From assembly GCA_963737905.1 (NCBI GenBank), contig CAVTUQ010000025.1, positions 1-64,000 on the forward strand: DNA of 64,000 bases, read 5' to 3'. Origin of the DNA: an uncultured delta proteobacterium (lineage in GTDB: Bacteria; Desulfobacterota; Binatia; UBA9968). Numbering within the stretch: position 1 is the stretch's first letter; each line of letters opens with the position of its first letter. The translations under genes were made by a program, and so were the position numbers. Below the pieces are notes generated by a model. The model was not told the DNA's origin. It searched no databases and saw only the letters and a list, made by a program, of their open reading frames with translations. Shown here piece after piece: positions 21,965 through 31,616 of this stretch.

Positions 21965-22942
21965 ATGCTCGTCTTATCTGAAGAGCAAGTTCGAAGTCTC
22001 ATCGACGTCGAAGAACTGATCACCGCCCTGGAGCAGGCCCATATCCAATATTCCACGGGAAAGGCGGTCATGCCCGTGCGGCTTGTGGTACCGCTGCCAC
22101 AAATCCAAGGGCGCATCACCGGCATGCCGGGATATCTAACTGAGGACAAAGCCCTGGGGATGAAGGTGGTGACCTATTTTCAGAATAACCCCGAGCAAAA
22201 TCTGCCGGCAATTCTCGCGACGGTGATGCTATTCAGCGCGGCTACGGGTAAAATAATTGCCGTCATGGACGGAAGCTATATCACCGCCATCCGCACGGCT
22301 TGCGCTTCGGCTATGGCCACCAGGGCGTTAGCAAACCCAGAAACTCCGGTATTGGGGATACTGGGCGCCGGCGTTCAGGCTAGAGCACACATTCAGGCTT
22401 TGTGTCGGGTCAGAAAATTGAACCAGATCAAACTGTACAGTCCTTCCGGCACGAGCGCCGCAAATATCAAGAGAGAGTTGGAGCTCGACCTTGGAGTTGC
22501 CATCGATGTGGCCGCGAGTCCTGAGGAAACCGTGCGGAATTCCGAGTTGGTGGTTACGGTCACCACGGCGCAGCAACCAATTTTCAAACGCGAATGGTTG
22601 AAGCCCGGCGCGCATATCAATGCGGTCGGGGCTCATCGTCCAGACTCCCGGGAAATCGACGGCCCGACGGTTGCGCAGTCGAGAGTAGTCGTCGATTCAC
22701 GTGAGGCGATCATGGCCGAGTGTGGCGACATTCTCTTGGCCATCAAGGAGAAAAGCATTACAGAGAACCATGTCCACGCCGAAATCGGCGAAGTGCTCGC
22801 CGGGACAAAGCCGGGGAGAAGCAGCGCTAATGAAGTGACGCTATACAAATCTGTCGGCATCGCCGTTCAAGACGTCGCCACAGCGCAGCTCGTCTATCAC
22901 AAGGCACTGGAGCTGAAGGTCGGCACGAATGTCGAAGTTTAA
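21965..22942 (+). CDS. Ornithine cyclodeaminase/mu-crystallin family protein
   Basis: ITAIRT, GAGVQA, HINAVGA, YKSVGIAVQDVA. Confidence 0.92.
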   Translation: MLVLSEEQVRSLIDVEELITALEQAHIQYSTGKAVMPVRLVVPLPQIQGRITGMPGYLTEDKALGMKVVTYFQNNPEQNLPAILATVMLFSAATGKIIAVMDGSYITAIRTACASAMATRALANPETPVLGILGAGVQARAHIQALCRVRKLNQIKLYSPSGTSAANIKRELELDLGVAIDVAASPEETVRNSELVVTVTTAQQPIFKREWLKPGAHINAVGAHRPDSREIDGPTVAQSRVVVDSREAIMAECGDILLAIKEKSITENHVHAEIGEVLAGTKPGRSSANEVTLYKSVGIAVQDVATAQLVYHKALELKVGTNVEV

Positions 22943-22981
22943 CCCGGCCTACGCCTATTCTGAGTTTCGGAGAGCAACACG

Positions 22982-24790
22982 ATGACCTGGGACCTCACAA
23001 CCTATTTTCCGCAGTTTGACGGAGCGGAGATGCGCCAGTTCAAAGAGGCGCTCCGTAGCGACGTGGCTTCTCTACGTGAACAGGCGGCTGCCCTTCCGGC
23101 CTTGACCGAAGAAAGCGCCGACGCGTGGGAGCAGGTACTTGCTCGTAACGAAGATCTCTCACGGCGCCTGTCACACTTGAGTTCATATATTAGCTGCCTG
23201 GCGTCTTCGGACGCCCGCAATGAAGCCTATCTCAAGGAGGAAGCCGGGCTGGCGCGGCAGCGCGCGGAATTGGCCAAGGTGAGAATCGAACTGTTGCGTG
23301 CCGTGAAAAACGTTTCTGACGAAGTTTTCTTTGCTTTCACGGCCCGAACTTCTCTAGCCGGCGCCGAGCACTATCTCAACCGGATGCGGGAAGAAGCGCG
23401 CCGGGTAATGGTTACTGATAAAGAAATTTTGGCGACAGATCTTGCGGTGGACGGGATCCAAGCGTGGGGACGGCTCTACGATACCATTTCGTCGAAGCTT
23501 GAGTTTGACATGCTCTATCCCGATGGCAAACGCCAGCGGCTCCCCATGTCTCAACGTCGCTCGCTGATGGATCATCCGGACCGCGGTACAAGAAAGGCGG
23601 CGTTCGATGGCGGCAACGCCGCGTGGCAAACGGTGGAAGACGTGGCGGCAGCGGCGCTCAACGCCATCGGCGGAACGCGTTTGACACTCAATCGCCATCG
23701 CGGAGTCGAGCATTTTCTCGATATCGCTCTCTTTCAAGCCTCCATCGGTCGAAAAACCCTCGATGCCATGTTTGAGGCGCTTTTTGCCAATGTCGAACTC
23801 CCCCGCCGTATTCTCAGAGCAAAAGCAAAACGGATGGGGCAAAGCGGCGTTGCCTGGTTTGATCTCGGCGCGCCGCTGGATCTGCCGAACCAAGCGAAGC
23901 TTTCTTGGGACAAGGCCAAAACCACGGTCAGAGAATCCTTTCTCCGCGCCTATCCAGCCCTCGGCAACTTCTTCCAAGAGCAGGTGATCAGCAAAAACTG
24001 GGTCGACTGGGAACCGAGACCCGGCAAGCGGCCCGGCGGTTTTTGCACCAGCTCCATGCTGTCCAAAGAATCGCGCATTTTCATGACCTACAATGATTCC
24101 TTGGGTGACGTGCTGACCCTCGCCCATGAGTCAGGCCACGCCTTCCACGGCTACCTCATGCGCGATATTCGTCCCTACGGCCGCGGCTATCCCATGACCC
24201 TGGCGGAAACAGCGTCGACGTTCGGTGAACAAGTTCTAATGAACGGACTGCTGGACGATCCTGCCGTCAGCGATGCGCAAAAGGCGATGATGCTCGACGT
24301 GGAAATAGGCCACGGCGCCATTTATTTATTGGATATCCCCGTGCGCTATGAATTCGAGAAGGCCTTCTACGAAGAGCGCAAAAGCGGAGAGCTGAGCGTC
24401 AGCCGGCTAAAAGAACTTATGGTCGAAACCCAGCGTCGCGTTCTCGGTGACGTGCTCGAAGCCGGCGGAGAAGACCCTTACTTCTGGGCATCAAAGCTGC
24501 ACTTCTATATTACCGGTATAACGTTTTATAACTTTCCTTATACCTTTGGCTTTCTCTTGAGCCGCGGTCTCTACGCCATGTTCAAAAAAGAAGGCGCAGA
24601 TTTCTTGCGCCGCTATGAAGAATTTCTTCGGCTTACCGGCAGTGACACGGCCGAAAATGTAGTCCAGCGAAGTCTAGGACGCGATCTGGAACATCCGGAT
24701 TTCTGGAGCGAGGCAATTCGAAGTCTGGAAGAACCTCTGAATCGTTTGGAAACTCTGCTGCCGCAAATCTTACGATCCAAAGCGAATTAG
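22982..24790 (+). CDS. M3 family oligoendopeptidase (PepF-like)
   Basis: GKRPGGFC, TLAHESGHAFH (HExxH), LAETASTFGE, FYNFPYTFG. Confidence 0.93.
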   Translation: MTWDLTTYFPQFDGAEMRQFKEALRSDVASLREQAAALPALTEESADAWEQVLARNEDLSRRLSHLSSYISCLASSDARNEAYLKEEAGLARQRAELAKVRIELLRAVKNVSDEVFFAFTARTSLAGAEHYLNRMREEARRVMVTDKEILATDLAVDGIQAWGRLYDTISSKLEFDMLYPDGKRQRLPMSQRRSLMDHPDRGTRKAAFDGGNAAWQTVEDVAAAALNAIGGTRLTLNRHRGVEHFLDIALFQASIGRKTLDAMFEALFANVELPRRILRAKAKRMGQSGVAWFDLGAPLDLPNQAKLSWDKAKTTVRESFLRAYPALGNFFQEQVISKNWVDWEPRPGKRPGGFCTSSMLSKESRIFMTYNDSLGDVLTLAHESGHAFHGYLMRDIRPYGRGYPMTLAETASTFGEQVLMNGLLDDPAVSDAQKAMMLDVEIGHGAIYLLDIPVRYEFEKAFYEERKSGELSVSRLKELMVETQRRVLGDVLEAGGEDPYFWASKLHFYITGITFYNFPYTFGFLLSRGLYAMFKKEGADFLRRYEEFLRLTGSDTAENVVQRSLGRDLEHPDFWSEAIRSLEEPLNRLETLLPQILRSKAN

Positions 24791-24925
24791 CAGATTGCTG
24801 AAAACTCATTCGGAGTCCTTCGACATAGCTCAGGACGAACGGAGGGATTTGATATCATTTAAGATTTTCCGTTCATGCTGAGGCCCTCGAAGCATTCCCA
24901 ACCCTTTTCATCAGCATCCTGCTAG
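24787..24925. repeat. ~139-bp MITE/REP-like element, copy 2 (opposite orientation)
   Basis: tagcagattgctgaaaa...ccttcgacatagctcaggacgaacgg...ccgttcatgctgagg...tcatcagcatcctgctag. Confidence 0.8.
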
Positions 24926-24926
24926 C

Positions 24927-26177
24927 TCAGCTCATTCCCACTAGTAAGACCGTTCGTAACAAATCGATAGCATTCAGCGTCATCCGCGTGCGGTCGTATG
25001 CGCCTCGACCCGCCATGGTACTCGTTCGTCTGAAGAAGCTGTGTCCATCGGTAACAGAGATGTAAGTCTGCCCCCGCGCCAGATTTTGGATATCGCTGAC
25101 AGGATCGGGAATCGCGTGGAGGGCCAAACCCAAATCGCATCCCGTTTGTTTGCGCACCGACCACGCGAGCTCATCCGTCAGCGCAACCGGATCTTGCATT
25201 ATGGCATCGGTGCGCTCCGGCTCGCGCCCATGGCTGAGCAATGCACGTGTCGCAGATTGCAAATTACTGATAAATCCCCCGGCAAACTGCTCTGGACTCG
25301 CCATTTGGAGCCGCTCGGCCAATTGACCACAGGTCAAGTCTTCATAAACCGCGACGCTTTTTCGCTGGGCGCGGAGCAACTTGCCAACAACAAGTTCCAT
25401 GGTCTCGTCGTCGGCAGCAAAGATGGCGTTTCCCAACAATTCTCTAACTTCCGCTTCCAGTGGCGCAATGAGCCTCATGGCTTCATCTCGATCAGCGGCC
25501 TTAGCTGCAATCCGTACGTCGACCTGTCCGGGCAAAGCGAGCACGCCCACCGTGGGATTGCTGGAGTTTGCAATCAGATGGCCGATCTTATCGTCCACCG
25601 CGCTTTCACCAACGCCGACGATCTTCAAGACCCGGTAGTGGATCACTTCCGCGAGCTTGAACTTCCGGCGTAGGTAAGGCTCGACTTCATTCTCAAACAG
25701 CCACTTCATCTCCACCGGCACCCCGGGCAGGGAGAAAACCACGCCCCGGGGATCTTCGACGATGAAACAGGGCGCCGTGCCATTGGGGTTCTTCACCGGG
25801 ATAGCACCCTCGGGCATATACGCTTGCCGCCGATTATTGGGTGTCATGGTTCGGCCACGGCGCCGAAAATGCTCTTCCACTTGTTCCAAAAGGTTATCGT
25901 CAAGCACCAGCTTCCGTCCCGTAACTTCGGCGACGATCTCGCGTGTCAAGTCGTCTTGGGTGGGTCCGAGGCCGCCGCTGGTGATGACGATATCCGCTCG
26001 CTCCAAAGCTCTCTGGATAACCTCTTTCATCCGGCCAGGGTTGTCGCCGACCACGGACTTGAAATAAAGATTGACTCCCACCGCCGTCAGCCGCTGCGCC
26101 ATCCAGGCGGAATTAGTATCGACGATTTGGCCGAGGAGCAGCTCGGATCCGATAGCAACGATTTCCGCATTCGCCAT
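24927..26177 (-). CDS. cinA: CinA-family competence/damage-inducible protein
   Basis: IGSELLLGQIVDTN, GGLGPTQDDLT, NPNGTAP, LPGVPVEM; degenerate C-terminal deamidase domain (EDLTCG in place of ESCTGG). Confidence 0.88.
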   Translation of the reverse strand: MANAEIVAIGSELLLGQIVDTNSAWMAQRLTAVGVNLYFKSVVGDNPGRMKEVIQRALERADIVITSGGLGPTQDDLTREIVAEVTGRKLVLDDNLLEQVEEHFRRRGRTMTPNNRRQAYMPEGAIPVKNPNGTAPCFIVEDPRGVVFSLPGVPVEMKWLFENEVEPYLRRKFKLAEVIHYRVLKIVGVGESAVDDKIGHLIANSSNPTVGVLALPGQVDVRIAAKAADRDEAMRLIAPLEAEVRELLGNAIFAADDETMELVVGKLLRAQRKSVAVYEDLTCGQLAERLQMASPEQFAGGFISNLQSATRALLSHGREPERTDAIMQDPVALTDELAWSVRKQTGCDLGLALHAIPDPVSDIQNLARGQTYISVTDGHSFFRRTSTMAGRGAYDRTRMTLNAIDLLRTVLLVGMS

Positions 26178-26296
26178 TGGACTTATCTCCTTCGTCTCGA
26201 CTTAGACCTATAGCGTGGCGGCCGATTGGGCACAAGATCCGCAAGGTTTCCAAAGTTACACTTGTTCCATCGTCGCTTCTTTGCCAGAATACGTCC

Positions 26297-27046
26297 ATGA
26301 TCATCCTCCTCTCCAATGACGACGGCATTCATTCTGACGGCATTATCGCTCTCGAAAACAGTCTCCAGCACGCGGGTGAGCTCTACACGGTGGCGCCCGA
26401 CCGGGAACAAAATTCCATGAGCCATGCGCTGACATTGCACAGGCCTTTGCGTGTTCTTGACATGGGGTCGCGGCGTTTCGCCGTCGACGGTACCCCGACG
26501 GATTGCGTTAAGCTGGCTTTGACCGGCCTCCTGCCGGTTCGGCCGGATCTGGTCGTATCCGGAATCAACAAGGGTCCCAATTTGGGCGATGACATCATCT
26601 ACTCGGGTACAGTTTCCGCGGCGATCGAAGGTGCCTTGCTGGGTATTCCCGCCATTGCGGTCTCGCTTGTGACCTTTGAAAATTTCCAATTCGAGGTGGC
26701 AGCCGAATTTACCGCCACTCTGGTTTCGCGTATCCAAGAAAGAGGCATGCCCCTCGAAACACTCTTGAACGTCAACGTTCCTCCCCTTCCAAAGGAACAA
26801 ATCAAAGGCTGGCGACTCACCCGGCAGGGCAAACGGCATTATAGTGAAACCATAGTGGAACGGACCGACCCGCGCGGCAAAAAATACTACTGGATCGGCG
26901 GCGACAACTTGGGATTCGCGCATGACGACGGTACCGATTGCATGGCCGTGCACGAAGGCTACATCTCCGTCACTCCCCTTCAAGTCGATCTCACGAATTA
27001 CAAATTGTTGCAGGACAGCTATGTGCCCAACTTCAACTGGCCATGA
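26297..27046 (+). CDS. surE: 5'/3'-nucleotidase SurE
   Basis: ILLSNDDG, GTPTDCV, SGINKGPN, YSGTVSAA, SVTPL. Confidence 0.96.
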   Translation: MIILLSNDDGIHSDGIIALENSLQHAGELYTVAPDREQNSMSHALTLHRPLRVLDMGSRRFAVDGTPTDCVKLALTGLLPVRPDLVVSGINKGPNLGDDIIYSGTVSAAIEGALLGIPAIAVSLVTFENFQFEVAAEFTATLVSRIQERGMPLETLLNVNVPPLPKEQIKGWRLTRQGKRHYSETIVERTDPRGKKYYWIGGDNLGFAHDDGTDCMAVHEGYISVTPLQVDLTNYKLLQDSYVPNFNWP

Positions 27047-27067
27047 TGCCCAACCGAACACCACACG

Positions 27068-27478
27068 ATGAACAACCAAGAGACTGAACAAACCAGCGAG
27101 CCCATTCGCATCGACAAGTGGCTCTGGGCTGCGCGTTTCTTCAAGACCCGCTCCCTCGCTGCAGACGCCGTCACCGGTGGAAAAATTGAAGTCAACGGCG
27201 CCCGCGCCAAACCGAGTAGGACCATCCGAGTCGGCGACAAACTGAGCATCCGGCGCGGCGCTTATGAATGGACGGTAGTAGCGAAAGGGTTGGCAAAGCT
27301 TCGCGGCCCTGCTCCTGAAGCGCAACTTCTTTATCAGGAAACGGAAGAAAGTATCCGCAAACGGGAATTGGCAGCCGCGCAATTTAAGCTCGAACGCCCG
27401 CCGGAATTTCACAGCCCGGGTCGCCCGTCTAAAAAGGACCGGCGCGCGGTGTTAAGATTTACCAAGCGAGGATGGTAA
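27068..27478 (+). CDS. hslR: S4-domain ribosome-associated heat shock protein Hsp15
   Basis: RIDKWLWAARFFKTRSLA, RGPAPEAQLLY, GRPSKKDRR. Confidence 0.92.
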   Translation: MNNQETEQTSEPIRIDKWLWAARFFKTRSLAADAVTGGKIEVNGARAKPSRTIRVGDKLSIRRGAYEWTVVAKGLAKLRGPAPEAQLLYQETEESIRKRELAAAQFKLERPPEFHSPGRPSKKDRRAVLRFTKRGW

Positions 27479-27552
27479 CCGAATCATAACTCGACGTGGG
27501 TGATGGCAGGCGCTAAATGTTGACGCGCCATCCCAGAAACAAGGAAGATAAA

Positions 27553-28617
27553 ATGATGAGACCTACCGCTATCTTTGCAGGGCTGATCACCTTTACGATC
27601 TATTTCGCCCCAGCTGGGGTGATCTTCGCTCAGTCCGCTCCCTACTTTCAAGGCAAAACGATCACGCTTATTCAGGGGCGCGAGCCGGGCGGAACGGGAG
27701 CGTTGCGAACTCAGGCATTGATTCCGTTCCTTCGCAAATACATTCCCGGCGAGCCGATCATTGTCACTCAATTCATGCCGGGTGGCGGCGGCCGAAAGGC
27801 CACCAATTATATTTCCAGAAATGCCAAGCCGGATGGCTTGACCATCGGGAATATGGGCTCCGGGTTGGTCGCCAACGCGGTGCTCGGGTCCACGGGTGTC
27901 GAATACGACATCGATAAGTTGATTTATCTCGGAGCGGCCAACAGCACGGCTCAATATGTTTTTAACTCCGTCGCGAAACTCGGGCTCGACAGCCTCGACA
28001 AGTTGCGTGCTCGTCCAGGGTTACGAGTCGGCGCACAGACCGTGGGGCACGATATCTATATCAACGGTAGACTTTTTTCGTGGCTCCTTGGCCTTAAGGA
28101 ACCGAAATTTGTCACCGGATATTCCGGTCCCGAACTCGATTTGGCCATGATGAGCGGCGAGTTGGATGCCCGGGCCAATATCCCGGACACTATTCTTCAG
28201 AGATCACCGGAGTATATCGAAAAGAAACTCGTGAACTTTCACGCCATCATTCAGATTCCCAAGGACGATCGCCATCCCCATCCAGCGTTTGCCAACCTTC
28301 CCGAACTCGAGAGCTTCGCCAAGTCGGATCGAGAGAAGAAAATCATGACGATGTTCCGGACCTTTCGGTTGGTGGGTTCTCCTTACATCCTTCCCCCCGG
28401 CACACCTCAAGAACCCGTGAGCATCTTGCGCGAGGCCATGCGCAAAAGCTTCAAAGATCCGGCGTTCCTGAAAGAGTTCAAGAGGCTTTCCGCCGATGAT
28501 GCCACTCCCCTTCTGCCGGAGGCACAAGAAAAAGCGATCAGGGAGATTCCCCGAGATCCAGAAATCGTGGCTCTCTTCAACAAGCTGGCCGGGAATGACC
28601 CGTTGCCCGCGCGATAG
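27553..28617 (+). CDS. Tripartite tricarboxylate transporter substrate-binding protein (Bug/TctC-like)
   Basis: Signal peptide, YFQGKTIT, MPGGGG, AKPDGLT, GY.G..LAM..GE, PPGTP. Confidence 0.85.
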   Translation: MMRPTAIFAGLITFTIYFAPAGVIFAQSAPYFQGKTITLIQGREPGGTGALRTQALIPFLRKYIPGEPIIVTQFMPGGGGRKATNYISRNAKPDGLTIGNMGSGLVANAVLGSTGVEYDIDKLIYLGAANSTAQYVFNSVAKLGLDSLDKLRARPGLRVGAQTVGHDIYINGRLFSWLLGLKEPKFVTGYSGPELDLAMMSGELDARANIPDTILQRSPEYIEKKLVNFHAIIQIPKDDRHPHPAFANLPELESFAKSDREKKIMTMFRTFRLVGSPYILPPGTPQEPVSILREAMRKSFKDPAFLKEFKRLSADDATPLLPEAQEKAIREIPRDPEIVALFNKLAGNDPLPAR

Positions 28618-28670
28618 ACTCAACGCTGTCAGCGGAACCATTCAAGCCCCGAATACCGGGAGGAGTAAGT

Positions 28671-29012
28671 ATGCCCATAGATCCAAAATTCGTAAGCACC
28701 GGATTTGAATTTCCCGGCTATCGCATCGCGAAAACCCTCGGTGTCGTCCGCGGCATCGTGGTCCGTTCCCGAAGCATCATCGGAACCGTCGGCGCCAGCT
28801 TGCAGACGCTATTAGGCGGCAATATCACGCTCTATACCGAAATGTGCGAGCGCGCCCGAGCCGATGCTCACCAGCTCATGATCGACCACGCCGCACAACT
28901 AGCCGCCAACGCGATCATTGGCGTGCGCTACGACGCCAACGAAATCACCGCCGGCGTGACCGAAGTGCTGGCCTACGGCACGGCGGTGCACATTGAAATT
29001 TCTCGAAGCTAA
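28671..29012 (+). CDS. YbjQ/UPF0145 family protein
   Basis: LGVVRG, GG....YT, ANAIIGVRYD, EVLAYGTAV. Confidence 0.92.
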   Translation: MPIDPKFVSTGFEFPGYRIAKTLGVVRGIVVRSRSIIGTVGASLQTLLGGNITLYTEMCERARADAHQLMIDHAAQLAANAIIGVRYDANEITAGVTEVLAYGTAVHIEISRS

Positions 29013-29066
29013 TTGAAGAAACCCGGATGAGCAAGAAGCTTCTAAGCGCGCACCTTCAACAGTCCG

Positions 29067-29624
29067 CTAGCTACTGAAGCGCCCAATCCACCGAGCAAAC
29101 GCGCCCAGAAACCTTTGAATATACTGGCGCGTAGTCTCGTCGGTTAGTTTTCCTGAAGCGTCAAAGAGCTTTGCCACCGAAGGAATTTTGATCTCCGGTT
29201 GGAGCATGGCATGGGTTTCGGTAAAAACAAAAGATTGTCGCAACGCGTGTTGTGCTCTTATGGTTCCGCCCAGTCCCGGCGAGCATCCCATGATCGCGGC
29301 CGGCTTTCGGTTGAGGACGGATTGGTTCGCTGGCCGCGACGCCCAATCGATAGCATTCTTGAGCACGCCGGGAACACCGTAATTGTATTCCGGCGTCGCG
29401 ATTAGCATCGCATCCGCCTCGCGAATCGCAGTCTTAAACGCCTGCACCGGTTCCGGATTGCCTTTATCGTCAACATCGGCGTTGTACGGAGGAATGTCTC
29501 CAAGACGGGTGAATATTTGAATTTCGATTTCCTCCGGCGCTAACTCGACAGCAGCGCGCAGAAGACCTCTATTGAATGACCCTTCTCTGAGACTACCGGG
29601 AATCCCGATGACTTTAAAACTCAT
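29067..29624 (-). CDS. NADPH-dependent FMN reductase
   Basis: GSLREGSFN, TPEYNYGVPGVLKNAIDWASR. Confidence 0.93.
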   Translation of the reverse strand: MSFKVIGIPGSLREGSFNRGLLRAAVELAPEEIEIQIFTRLGDIPPYNADVDDKGNPEPVQAFKTAIREADAMLIATPEYNYGVPGVLKNAIDWASRPANQSVLNRKPAAIMGCSPGLGGTIRAQHALRQSFVFTETHAMLQPEIKIPSVAKLFDASGKLTDETTRQYIQRFLGAFARWIGRFSS

Positions 29625-29767
29625 CTATCCTCCCAAAAAATGATATTTGATCCACCTCATTTTTTCCGATTACCACAGATCCAAAACTAACGCGGGTTCA
29701 TTTCGATTCGATTCAGTGAATCCCAAACAGCACCGTTGTGAAAAATCACATTGATTGAGATGCACAG

Positions 29768-30256
29768 CTAATGGAGATAGCCGCTGCCCCCGCCCTCGGC
29801 TTCGGCCAACGCCAGATTATAGCGCACCGCACCGAGATGAGGATGGATTTCCAGTGCGCGGCGAAAACACACTGCCGCCTCGCGGTGCTCGCCAATCGAC
29901 ATATGGCAGAGTCCCTGCCCGGACGAGGCGCCGAAGTGATGGGGATTTCGCGCCAGAGTTTGTTGGCAGTCCGCGATGGAACCGCCGAAATCTTTTCTCA
30001 TGAAGCGGACGGTGGCGCGCTTGTTCCAACCCTCGGCAAACTCAGGAGCAATGTCGATGACGCGTGTAAATTCGCGCTCCGCTGCTTCGAGCCTGCCCTG
30101 CTGCATCGCATCTACTCCAACGCGAAAAATCCGATCTGCTTCAGAATTCCCCGAGCGACACCAAGTTCGCCACAGCATCGCCTCGGCGGTAGCCGCAAGG
30201 GTCGGGTCATCGCCTTTGAGTGCTTCGAGGCATTCTTCTTCATTCGCGGGAAACAT
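29768..30256 (-). CDS. Tetratricopeptide repeat protein
   Basis: APEFAEGWNKRAT, NPHHFGA..GQG, ALEIHP TPR patterns. Confidence 0.88.
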   Translation of the reverse strand: MFPANEEECLEALKGDDPTLAATAEAMLWRTWCRSGNSEADRIFRVGVDAMQQGRLEAAEREFTRVIDIAPEFAEGWNKRATVRFMRKDFGGSIADCQQTLARNPHHFGASSGQGLCHMSIGEHREAAVCFRRALEIHPHLGAVRYNLALAEAEGGGSGYLH

Positions 30257-30505
30257 GACCTGGAATCCCTCTAACTAAACGTACTGGCCAGGATACGACA
30301 AAATTTGCCCACCTGCCAACCTACCGAAGCTCCTAACATCCATTTTTATAAGAAAACCCCGGACCGGTTCCATGCACTTATGTCGCCGACCACCCGTTGT
30401 TCTTCATGCTTAGTCTTTGAGCACGCGGTGAACGCAAAAAGGGCATTCCTTAAGCAGAACAACTACGGGATCTGAAAAAACTTCCCTTTTATCCTAGCAA
30501 GTTCC

Positions 30506-30520
30506 TGGCATAGGAATTGC
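30506..30520 (+). promoter_or_regulatory. Sigma54 (-24/-12) promoter
   Basis: TGGCATA-GGAA-TTGC matches the TGGCACG-N4-TTGC consensus with exact spacing. Confidence 0.65.
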
Positions 30521-30568
30521 CCCTTATAATTTGTCATAGGGCAGGCATCGACGCCTCCGGAACACAGC

Positions 30569-30607
30569 AAGGGCGCTGACCGGTATTGGTACGGCGCCCT
30601 TTTTTTT
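30569..30607 (+). terminator. Strong intrinsic terminator about 40-75 nt downstream of the predicted sigma54 start site
   Basis: aagggcgc-tgaccggtattggtacg-gcgccctt hairpin followed by a T-tract. Confidence 0.75.
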
Positions 30608-30661
30608 GCTTGGTTTTCAAGCCGAATGTTTGACTGAAAATGGAAAGGAGGAGTCGATTCT

Positions 30662-31489
30662 ATGATCCGGTTAAGAAGATCGCATTTTCTAGATAGCAAC
30701 CTTGAACCGGCAACCGTCGCCATGCGGAGATCCAGACAGTTCATTCTGGGTCTCTTGCTGGGAGTCAACCTATGGGTCCTCCGTTCAGCAGCTTTAGCTG
30801 CTGCTCCCTACGATAGCTGGTTCTTCACTGCGGAAGAAGTCGAAGCAGCACATCAGTATCAGGAAAACTATGGTGAGCGGATACGCAATCCGTTACCGGC
30901 GCAAGACTGTATGTTCGGCCAGAACGAAATCACGGCGAAGCACAACGGAACGCAATTTCTCGTCCCCTGCCATTTCATTATGGAGACCATCCGCCATCTG
31001 AAGGAAATGCTTGCGGTCGGCGCCGCGAAATATCTTTTTCCTCTCGATGCAGATCACGCTCATCTCGCGATTCCCATGGAATTGTGGGCAACTACGTACA
31101 GCAAACTTCCTTCGGAACAAATATTGTCCGCGCTCTTGCGTGAACCCCAGCTCGTCGCTCTCTACCATACCGCCGAACACCTGGAAATCAGCGATCCCAA
31201 GACCGGCGCAGTCAACGAAGATACCAAGGCGTGGAAGGAAAAACGGAACGTCCTTGGCTTCTTTGACGGTCATCCCATTCAAATTTTGTCACCTCACCCG
31301 ATGGGATTCGGCGTCGGGATGCCTCCGCGGTACAATTCCTACGGAGGCTTCAACTTTCTAGCCAATCCTCGGGGGGAGTTATTTATCTTTCACAACAATA
31401 AAGTGGTCACGTTCGATGTGAGCTTGGAGCTTGAAGATGAAGCCGACCGGCCCTCTTTCAACCGCCAGTTAATTCGCACCACCCCTTGA
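30662..31489 (+). CDS. Hypothetical exported protein
   Basis: Long clean ORF, AAGGAGGAG RBS, signal-like hydrophobic stretch, conserved-looking DADHAH and YHTAEH motifs. Confidence 0.75.
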   Translation: MIRLRRSHFLDSNLEPATVAMRRSRQFILGLLLGVNLWVLRSAALAAAPYDSWFFTAEEVEAAHQYQENYGERIRNPLPAQDCMFGQNEITAKHNGTQFLVPCHFIMETIRHLKEMLAVGAAKYLFPLDADHAHLAIPMELWATTYSKLPSEQILSALLREPQLVALYHTAEHLEISDPKTGAVNEDTKAWKEKRNVLGFFDGHPIQILSPHPMGFGVGMPPRYNSYGGFNFLANPRGELFIFHNNKVVTFDVSLELEDEADRPSFNRQLIRTTP

Positions 31490-31616
31490 TGAAAGAATTC
31501 CGCGTCATTCGGACGAGCCAGCCTCGAAGCTCCGTGGAAAAACAGTTGCCAACCTATTTAAGCTTGGCAACATACGCTGTGAGAAACTGAATAAACCGAT
31601 TTAACAGGAGGAGACC

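Noticed and set aside
26183-27412. 409-aa antisense ORF and similar long shadow ORFs (e.g. 62410-63540, 60177-60965)
   Set aside because: They lie opposite clearly identified genes (surE/hslR, hypF, hypD) and have no recognisable motifs, as expected in GC-rich DNA.
30531-30570. Resemblance to a c-di-GMP-I riboswitch (GGGCA...GACGC...CCTCCGG)
   Set aside because: It is too short and lacks the GAAA-tetraloop P2 stem and the P3 arm, so I kept it only as an unassigned RNA candidate.
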